From a virus (lineage: Duplodnaviria > Caudoviricetes), in IMG/VR virus record IMGVR_UViG_3300012347_000088, positions 1 to 40,583 of that record: a stretch of 40,583 nt of DNA; one strand, 5' to 3'. Of the stretch, positions 33,407-40,583 are shown one piece after another. The notes below the pieces were generated by a model that worked only from the letters and a program-made list of their open reading frames with translations, had not been told where the DNA came from and ran no database searches. Numbering within the stretch: the first letter of the stretch is position 1; each line of letters begins with the position of its first letter. The translations under genes were made by a program, and so were the position numbers.

Positions 33407-35493
33407 TATAATAATTTTTTAATTTCATCAATAACCATCTGAGGTGTTATAGATTTTTGACACTCAAATTGTTTATCAGTTTCCTTATTGATGGGACACC
33501 ATTCCCAGTCACTTTTGTCAAATTTAAAATCTTTATTGTTCCAACAACCATGACAAACAGAATCATCATAAGGTCTAATACATTTAAATTCATGATCTTT
33601 ATTTGTAAATCCAGATATCATAATTACTGGTACATCTAATGCAAACGCAAGCCAGCTGAGACCGCTAGACAATCCTATGAAGAACTTACTATTGTATATA
33701 GCACTTATAGTTCTTGGTAGACTTGTATCAACTAATGGTTGACAGTTATCAAAAGGATTAGATTCTTTAGATGTATTGAATACTAAGTATCCTTGTTCGT
33801 GCAAGTAGTTAATTACTTCTTGCCAACCTTCTCTGGTCCAGAACTTACACCCTGCAGTGGAGTTAGTAGCTATTGTGACATATTTATTAAGTACAACACT
33901 TTCCTCCTTACCAATTATTTCAGGTCTTATTTCTGTGTACTCAAGACCTAGAATGTTTGTAGCTGCTTGTTGTAATGGAATAGTGTTTGGTAGAACAGGT
34001 TCTTTATTTGCATCATAGAACCAACCAAGTTTATACATTCCATACACATTAGGAACTACAACTCCTGGTTCAACGAATTCAATATCTGGATACTCAGACT
34101 CAAACAAGAAGTTCTTGAATGTTGAGACAATCATTTTACAATTATGTTTCTTTCTAAACTCTTCTACATAAGGTATCCAAGCTATTGTATCTCCTAGAGA
34201 TGAACTATCGAAAGCAATATACACTCTCTTGTCTGTGTAGTCTAGTACATTAGTGTATACTAACTCATCGTCTTTATACACTTTAGTTGTCCATTTTGTG
34301 TAATATTCTCTACTAAGTTTTACCCAATGATTAACCTTCACTGTGTCTGTATGGAATAAGTTATGTGCTTCATCATAGAATTCAATAGTGAAATCACTAT
34401 CACTTGTCCCTGTGATCTCTATAAATGGTTGACCTACAAAGTGTTGCGTAATCTTATAATCTTTAACGTCGTTCTTCATTATATTAAATTTAATGGCTGA
34501 TTTATAAAGTGATAGTAGCTTATTTTTAAAATTAGCTGTCGTGTTGTTTTCAAGTATATCGTATGTAGTTTTATCGTCAATAAGATCTGACAGCTGATTC
34601 TTTAACTTTCTTATATCTAGATTTACAATGTATCTAGTGAACATGTTCTTATACTGAGGAAGGTTTCTAGCAATGATCTTCTTGCCTTTTGATATAGCTT
34701 CTCTAATAACAAGTGGATTACACTCCCATGTACTATTAAACATAAATACATCCGCAGCATCTAAGAACATATCGACGTCATCTCTTTCTCCCCATATCTT
34801 TACATTATCCGGAACCCCATCTTTTATTAGCGGTCCCCAGTAGTGTTTGAAGTTTATAGCTTGATTACCTACAAAATGAAACGTTACATCTGGCATCTGC
34901 TTAGCTAACTCTAACATCTCACCTTGATTTTTCCCAGGAGTCCATAGACCAACATTAACAACGTGTTTCATATTAACATCCATATCAAGATATATTTTGG
35001 CTTCATGACACTCTTGCTTTGATATTGAATTATTATCAATAGGAAACTCTACAATACTATACATAGATGGCATATTGCCAAATGTATCTACATGATAAGG
35101 AGTACAGAAAGCATAATAATCTGGATGAAAGATCTTCTCTTCATCCGGTTTAAATGATACATCGTGACATGTTTCTACAATACGATACGTTCTGTCGTTA
35201 TCATATAACTTAGTAATCATTGCTCTATCAAATCTTTCTGATGGCTCATGTATATGAATGACATCCGGATTGAATTGATCTATTACATTAAATAGTTCCA
35301 TCTTATCTTCATGCAGCGTATGTACAGTCACAAGATCCATAATAGCATTGCGTTGTACAACATAGTCAAGACTGTGACATGCGTATTCTACAACGCATAT
35401 TTCAACATCATCTTTAAGTGTTTCTATTGTCTTTAATAGAAAGGCCGGCATTCCTCCTGTAGATAAATGAGGCGCTAGGTATAGTATTTTCAT
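33406..35493 (-). CDS. GT4-type glycosyltransferase fused to a TibC/Aah-like O-heptosyltransferase domain
   Basis: PHLSTGG, PGKNQ, ECNPLVIREA (GT4); SLGDTIAW, FFIGLSSGLSWLA, MISGF, CHGCWN...WCP...FEC. Confidence 0.85.
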   Translation of the reverse strand: MKILYLAPHLSTGGMPAFLLKTIETLKDDVEICVVEYACHSLDYVVQRNAIMDLVTVHTLHEDKMELFNVIDQFNPDVIHIHEPSERFDRAMITKLYDNDRTYRIVETCHDVSFKPDEEKIFHPDYYAFCTPYHVDTFGNMPSMYSIVEFPIDNNSISKQECHEAKIYLDMDVNMKHVVNVGLWTPGKNQGEMLELAKQMPDVTFHFVGNQAINFKHYWGPLIKDGVPDNVKIWGERDDVDMFLDAADVFMFNSTWECNPLVIREAISKGKKIIARNLPQYKNMFTRYIVNLDIRKLKNQLSDLIDDKTTYDILENNTTANFKNKLLSLYKSAIKFNIMKNDVKDYKITQHFVGQPFIEITGTSDSDFTIEFYDEAHNLFHTDTVKVNHWVKLSREYYTKWTTKVYKDDELVYTNVLDYTDKRVYIAFDSSSLGDTIAWIPYVEEFRKKHNCKMIVSTFKNFLFESEYPDIEFVEPGVVVPNVYGMYKLGWFYDANKEPVLPNTIPLQQAATNILGLEYTEIRPEIIGKEESVVLNKYVTIATNSTAGCKFWTREGWQEVINYLHEQGYLVFNTSKESNPFDNCQPLVDTSLPRTISAIYNSKFFIGLSSGLSWLAFALDVPVIMISGFTNKDHEFKCIRPYDDSVCHGCWNNKDFKFDKSDWEWCPINKETDKQFECQKSITPQMVIDEIKKLL

Positions 35494-35512
35494 ATTTAAT
35501 TAAATTTGTCGT

Positions 35513-35555
35513 CAAAGGTATGAAATTTAACTTAAAAAAAATATTCGTATATTTG
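35513..35555. promoter_or_regulatory. Divergent -7 elements (TACCTTTG minus 35513-35520; TATATTTG plus 35548-35555)
   Basis: Consensus matches facing the glycosyltransferase and the packaging operon. Confidence 0.65.
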
Positions 35556-35580
35556 CCAATGAATTGAAATAAAAAGTATT

Positions 35581-35844
35581 ATGACAAAAATAAGTCAATA
35601 TCCAGACGATACAGAGATAACATTAGAAGATAAGTTAGTAGGAACAGATGCTGAGAATAGTTTAGAGACTAAAAACTTTACATTCGCAGACGTTATTAGC
35701 TTTTTACAGCAAAACTTACTTATAATTAATACACCATCATTTACAGGCGTATTAGAATATGCAGATAATGCAGCAGCCGTAACAGCTGGTTTAGCAGTAG
35801 GAAAGGTTTATAGAACCGGAGATGTACTTAAGATAGTACACTAA
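35581..35844 (+). CDS. Putative structural protein; N-terminus paralogous to 26069..27598
   Basis: MTKIS...IT..DK..G.D..N...TKNFT shared; YADNAAA..AGL..G..YRTG. Confidence 0.7.
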   Translation: MTKISQYPDDTEITLEDKLVGTDAENSLETKNFTFADVISFLQQNLLIINTPSFTGVLEYADNAAAVTAGLAVGKVYRTGDVLKIVH

Positions 35845-35867
35845 TAAAAAAAATATAATCAAATAAA

Positions 35868-36113
35868 ATGAACAAGATAAAAGACGAAGAATTAAAAAAG
35901 CTTCAGGGCTTTGAGCATTTCTTTAAAAAAGCAAACGAGACTCTAGGAGAACTAACATCTGAGTTTGAATTTAAAAAATCTGATATACTTAGACAAATCA
36001 ATGATAAGTATATTGGAAGAGAAGAATTCAAGAAGGAGCTTATTAAGATTTATGGATCAGATGTATCTATAAATACTGATAGCGGAAACATTACAAACTT
36101 AAATGTACAGTAA
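35868..36113 (+). CDS. Hypothetical coiled-coil protein
   Basis: 81 aa. Confidence 0.7.
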   Translation: MNKIKDEELKKLQGFEHFFKKANETLGELTSEFEFKKSDILRQINDKYIGREEFKKELIKIYGSDVSINTDSGNITNLNVQ

Positions 36114-36340
36114 TGTTTGATATCAGAAAAATAACCATAGGCGCTGACTACAAAAGCAATGGCATGCACTATATTGTAGGGCAACCAATACTCGATAAGT
36201 CTTATACAATTCACTTAATACGGGTTGATGAGAATACTGGAGGAATAAAAATCTGGATAGAGAAGGAAGACGAAGTATTTCTTTGGAAGGAGTTTAATTC
36301 TAACATGCCGATATCTATAGAATATAATATCAACTTCTAA
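36113..36340 (+). CDS. Conserved hypothetical protein
   Basis: 75 aa, TAATG couplings on both sides. Confidence 0.7.
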   Translation: MFDIRKITIGADYKSNGMHYIVGQPILDKSYTIHLIRVDENTGGIKIWIEKEDEVFLWKEFNSNMPISIEYNINF

Positions 36341-36906
36341 TGAAGTCTCCTAACCTATTTATCGTTAGACCGTTAAATGGTAGGCGATACGACAATATCA
36401 AAGAGATAGGAGGGCTTGATTTAATTACAAGCGTATCTCAAGAAGACCATACGGTCTCTAATAGATATGCTGAGGTTGTTGATACTCCAATTGGATATGT
36501 TGGCGAAATAATTCCTGGAGATATATTACTAGTACACCACAACGTATTTAAGTTTTATTACGATATGAAGGGTAGACAGAAGAGCGGTGCCAGTTACTTT
36601 AAGGACGACTTATTCTTTGTTGACCAAGAACAATTCTTTATGTATAAACATAATGATGTATGGAAGGCTCACTCTAAGTACTGTTTTATTAAACCTACAG
36701 AATCAAAAGAATCAATAATTAAAAAGAACTGTAAGGAAGAACCCCTTATAGGAACTATTGCTTATATAAATAACGAATTACTATCTCTAGGACTTAATGT
36801 CGGAGATGAAATTGCATTTGAACCAGATAGTGAATATCCTTTTACTATAGAAGATCAAAAACTATACAGGATGTTTACTAATAACATCACACTTAAATGG
36901 AATTAA
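36340..36906 (+). CDS. Putative tandem GroES-like protein
   Basis: Two units: FIVRP...AEVV...PGDILL and FIKP...GTIA...VGDEIAF...LYRM. Confidence 0.55.
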   Translation: MKSPNLFIVRPLNGRRYDNIKEIGGLDLITSVSQEDHTVSNRYAEVVDTPIGYVGEIIPGDILLVHHNVFKFYYDMKGRQKSGASYFKDDLFFVDQEQFFMYKHNDVWKAHSKYCFIKPTESKESIIKKNCKEEPLIGTIAYINNELLSLGLNVGDEIAFEPDSEYPFTIEDQKLYRMFTNNITLKWN

Positions 36907-37184
36907 AAGAAATTAAATTACAAATAATTGAAGCTGGAGAAAAGGCTGTAATGGAACTAATTAAAGTTGCATCAGATCAGATATTGAAACCTATCGACGA
37001 CGGTACTGATTTAGCCGCTGATAAATTAAAGAATGCGGCATCAGCAAAGAAATTAGCTATATTCGATGCGTTTGAAATTTTAAACAGAATAGAATCCGAA
37101 AGAGAAAAACTAAATGAGGATCCTAAGGAAGTAGCTAAGCCAGAACCTAAAATACAAGGATTTGCAGAAAAACGATCAAAATAA
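36897..37184 (+). CDS. Candidate terminase small subunit
   Basis: Helical 95-aa ORF overlapping the TerL start; positional inference. Confidence 0.45.
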   Translation: MELKEIKLQIIEAGEKAVMELIKVASDQILKPIDDGTDLAADKLKNAASAKKLAIFDAFEILNRIESEREKLNEDPKEVAKPEPKIQGFAEKRSK

Positions 37185-39408
37185 TTTATACTCGGTTGTA
37201 AAGAATCATATTCCTCCAACTGTACTAGCTAACAAGAACAATAAAAAGTCTTGGCAGTACGGATACGACGAGAAGTATGACATGATTGTTATATCTAAGA
37301 ACGGAACCATAGGTGAAGTTTATAATATAAACGGACTGCTTATAGCTTTGCCTAAAACTCCAGAAGCAGTATACTCTAGAGATAAGAAAAAAGAAAATCA
37401 ATACTGGCAACCATTTGAATACCCTAAGGAGCTAGATAAAATAAAGTCTATATTTCATTGGCATGATATGCCTAATGATTTCAAGTCTAAGTGGGTTGAC
37501 TATATAGAGACTGAGTTCGACAGAAGAGAGAACGGATTCTTCTTCATGAATAATGGAGTAGAGACTTATATGACTGGATCTCACTACATGTACTGTCAAT
37601 GGACAAAGATTGATGTCGGACTTCCTGACTTTCGTGAGGCTAATAGAATATTCTTTATTTACTGGGAGGCATGTCGCGCAGATGATAGATGCTTCGGTAT
37701 GGTTTACTTAAAGATTAGACGTTCTGGATTTTCTTTTATGGCTTCATCGGAGGCTGTAAATATAGCTACATTAGCGAAAGACGCTAGGATTGGTATCCAG
37801 TCTAAGACAGGGGGTGACGCTAAGACTATGTTCACTAATAAGGTTGTTCCTATATCTAGCAATCTACCATTCTTCTTTAAACCGATCATGGATGGTATGG
37901 ACAAACCTAAGACTGAACTTGCCTTCAGGGTTCCTGCGTCTAAGATTACAAAGAAGAATATGTACGACAGTTCAGAAGCTGAACTAGAAGGATTAGATAC
38001 ATCTATTGACTGGAAGAACACAGCTGACAACAGTTATGACGGTGAGAAATTAGTATATCTTGTTGAGGACGAGTCTGGTAAGCTAGAAGCTCCTAACAAT
38101 ATCCTTAACGGATGGCGAGTTAGAAAGACTTGTCTTCGTTTAGGTAGTAGAATTATCGGTAAGTGTATGATGGGTTCAACTCCTAACGCGCTTGCTAAGG
38201 GTGGGTCTAATTTTAAGAAGCTATACGAGGATTCAAATATAAAAACACGTAACGAGAACGGCCAGACAAAATCAGGTATGTACTCTCTTTACATTCCAAT
38301 GGAGTGGAACTTCGAGGGTTATATTGATAGATACGGAATGCCTGTATTTAGAAAGCCAGAAACTCCAGTAACCGGGATAGACGGTAGACTAATAACAAAC
38401 GGAGCTATAGATTATTGGGAGAATGAGGTTGCGTCTTTAAAGAATGATGCAGACGCATTGAATGAGTTTTATAGACAGTTCTCCAGAACAGAGTCTCACG
38501 CGTTTAGAGATGAGAGTAAGGCGTCTTTGTTTAACTTAACAAAGATCTATCAACAGATAGACTATAATGACTCTCTAATAAGAGATCAAATACTAACTAG
38601 AGGATCGTTTCATTGGAAGAACGGAGAGAAGGACACTCAGGTTATTTGGACTCCGGATCCAAGGGGTAGATTCCTTGTTTCTTGGATTCCTAATTCAGCA
38701 ATGCAGAACCAAGTAGTTTATAAGAATGGAAATAAGTACCCTGGTAATGAGCACATTGGTGCTTTTGGTTGCGACCCTTACGATATATCCGGAACTGTCG
38801 GAGGAGGGGGATCAAATGGATCTCTACACGGACTTACTAAGTTTAATATGGATAATGCTCCTAGTAACCATTTCTTCCTTGAGTATATAGCTCGTCCTCA
38901 GACAGCAGAGATATTTTTTGAGGAGGTTCTTATGGCTTGTGTGTTTTACGGGATGCCAATTCTAGTGGAGAATAATAAACCTAGACTACTATATCACTTT
39001 AAGAATAGAGGATACAGAGGGTTTTCAATGAACAGACCGGATAAGCACTTCACGAATCTGTCAAAAACAGAAAGAGAGCTTGGAGGTATACCTAACTCGT
39101 CTGAAGATGTGAAACAATCGCACGCGGCCGCTATTCAATCTTACATAGAAAAGTATGTTGGAATGGATACTGAAGGAACTTATAGAGATTCCGACGAGAT
39201 GGGCGACATGTATTTCACTAGAACTATAGAGGAGTGGGCTAAATTTGATATAAACAATAGAACTAAATTTGATGCCGCAATTAGTTCAGGACTAGCTATT
39301 ATGGCTAATCAGAAGAACATATACTTGGCGGCAAAGAAAGAGTCGAAAATAAGTGTTAATTTTGCAAAGTATAATAACTCAGGAACTAGAAGTGAACTTA
39401 TTAGATAA
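37162..39408 (+). CDS. terL: Terminase large subunit
   Basis: KIRRSGFS Walker A variant, VEDESGK Walker B, MGST motif III, FGCDPYD and ENN nuclease motifs. Confidence 0.9.
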   Translation: MQKNDQNNLYSVVKNHIPPTVLANKNNKKSWQYGYDEKYDMIVISKNGTIGEVYNINGLLIALPKTPEAVYSRDKKKENQYWQPFEYPKELDKIKSIFHWHDMPNDFKSKWVDYIETEFDRRENGFFFMNNGVETYMTGSHYMYCQWTKIDVGLPDFREANRIFFIYWEACRADDRCFGMVYLKIRRSGFSFMASSEAVNIATLAKDARIGIQSKTGGDAKTMFTNKVVPISSNLPFFFKPIMDGMDKPKTELAFRVPASKITKKNMYDSSEAELEGLDTSIDWKNTADNSYDGEKLVYLVEDESGKLEAPNNILNGWRVRKTCLRLGSRIIGKCMMGSTPNALAKGGSNFKKLYEDSNIKTRNENGQTKSGMYSLYIPMEWNFEGYIDRYGMPVFRKPETPVTGIDGRLITNGAIDYWENEVASLKNDADALNEFYRQFSRTESHAFRDESKASLFNLTKIYQQIDYNDSLIRDQILTRGSFHWKNGEKDTQVIWTPDPRGRFLVSWIPNSAMQNQVVYKNGNKYPGNEHIGAFGCDPYDISGTVGGGGSNGSLHGLTKFNMDNAPSNHFFLEYIARPQTAEIFFEEVLMACVFYGMPILVENNKPRLLYHFKNRGYRGFSMNRPDKHFTNLSKTERELGGIPNSSEDVKQSHAAAIQSYIEKYVGMDTEGTYRDSDEMGDMYFTRTIEEWAKFDINNRTKFDAAISSGLAIMANQKNIYLAAKKESKISVNFAKYNNSGTRSELIR

Positions 39409-40583
39409 ATGAAAGACGTAAAAATAAATATACCTGCAACTGCTTTTCCAAACCAGTTTGCTTCAGACAGGGAAAAGGAAACTTTTGAGTATGGATTGCA
39501 GATATCACAAAGTATTCAGTACGAGTGGTTTAGAAAAGATGGTAATAACTCAAGATTCTACGATCAGTGGGGTAACTTCCATAAGCTAAGATTATACGCA
39601 AGGGGTGAGCAGTCTATAGGTAAGTATAAGGACCAGATAGCCGTTGATGGTGACTTGTCTCATACTAACCTTGACTTTACTCCGGTACCTATTATACCTA
39701 AGTTCGTTGACATCGTTGTTAACGGAATGAACGATAGATTATTCAAACCTAAGGCTTATGCACAAGATGCTATGTCTATGGATAAGAGATCTAAGTATCA
39801 AGATATGATACAAGCAGACATGGTTTCAAAAGACCTGTTGCTTCAAGTTAAAGATCAGTTCGGAGTAGATGCGTTCGACACTAATCCTGACGAACTTCCT
39901 GAGAATAATGAAGAGCTTTCATTATATATGCAGCTTAAATATAAGCCTGCCATCGAGATAGCTGAAGAAGAAGCTATTAACACTGTATTCGACGAAAATA
40001 AATACAACGAAACTAGAAAGAGAGTAGACTACGACATAGCAACTATTGGAGTTGGTATGGCTAAGCACATGTTCCTTCCTGGCGACGGAGTAAGAATAGA
40101 GTATGTAGATCCTGCTAATGTAGTATATAGCTACACAGAAGATCCTTACTTTAAAGATTGTTTTTATTGGGGAGAAATTAAGACTGTTCCAATTACAGAG
40201 CTTGTTAAAATAGATCCTACACTTACCAACGAAGATTTAGAAGAAATTTCTAAGTATAGTCAGTCATGGTATGATTATTACAACTCAGCTCAATTTTACA
40301 ATAATAGCTTATTCAGTAATGATACAGCTACTTTATTATATGTAAACTATAAAACAACCAAGAAGATAGTATACAAGAAAAAGATACTTGAAGACGGAAG
40401 TTTTAAAATGATAGAAAAAGACGACACGTTCAATCCTCCACAAGAGATGATGGATGAAGGTCGTTTCGAAAAAATAGAAAAGACTATTGATGTTTGGTAT
40501 GACGGTGTTATGGTTATGGGTACTAATATCATGTTGAAGTGGGAGTTATCTCGTAACATGGTTAGACCTAAATCAGCTTCACA
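39409..40583 (+). CDS. Portal protein (truncated by window end)
   Basis: Frame open from ATG 39409 (MKDVKINIP...LRLYARGEQS...PIIPKFVDIVVNG...EYVDPAN), directly after TerL. Confidence 0.8.
   Translation, partial: MKDVKINIPATAFPNQFASDREKETFEYGLQISQSIQYEWFRKDGNNSRFYDQWGNFHKLRLYARGEQSIGKYKDQIAVDGDLSHTNLDFTPVPIIPKFVDIVVNGMNDRLFKPKAYAQDAMSMDKRSKYQDMIQADMVSKDLLLQVKDQFGVDAFDTNPDELPENNEELSLYMQLKYKPAIEIAEEEAINTVFDENKYNETRKRVDYDIATIGVGMAKHMFLPGDGVRIEYVDPANVVYSYTEDPYFKDCFYWGEIKTVPITELVKIDPTLTNEDLEEISKYSQSWYDYYNSAQFYNNSLFSNDTATLLYVNYKTTKKIVYKKKILEDGSFKMIEKDDTFNPPQEMMDEGRFEKIEKTIDVWYDGVMVMGTNIMLKWELSRNMVRPKSAS

Noticed and set aside
1-40583. Stop-codon reassignment, integrase or host genes
   Set aside because: Long genes are intact in the standard code with all three stops used; no integrase or host-like gene block seen

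Overview
A 40.6-kb segment of a tailed dsDNA phage genome, most likely infecting Bacteroidota (Flavobacterium-like), judged from TAnnTTTG promoters, a BT4734/VirE-type primase, DUF3127 and a u-spanin-like lipoprotein. Two divergent arms meet at a non-coding inverted-repeat region (~16.8-17.6 kb). The left arm (minus strand) holds many small early genes and a replication/recombination module: PD-(D/E)XK exonuclease, DUF3127, primase-helicase and SF2 helicase. The right arm (mostly plus strand) holds a tRNA-like RNA cluster, GroEL/GroES, small basic proteins, a lysis cassette, fibre/structural genes, TerL and a truncated portal. Main candidates for undescribed biology: (1) three complete hammerhead ribozymes in series in the first ~1.5 kb of the early transcript, each directly upstream of a small ORF; (2) fibre proteins with Pro-free Gly-X-Y (Ser/Thr) repeats next to a GT4 + TibC/Aah-type O-glycosyltransferase fusion, suggesting virion O-glycosylation; (3) three tRNA-like RNAs with intact acceptor and T arms but rebuilt anticodon arms. 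All family assignments come from motif recognition by eye; no database searches were run.
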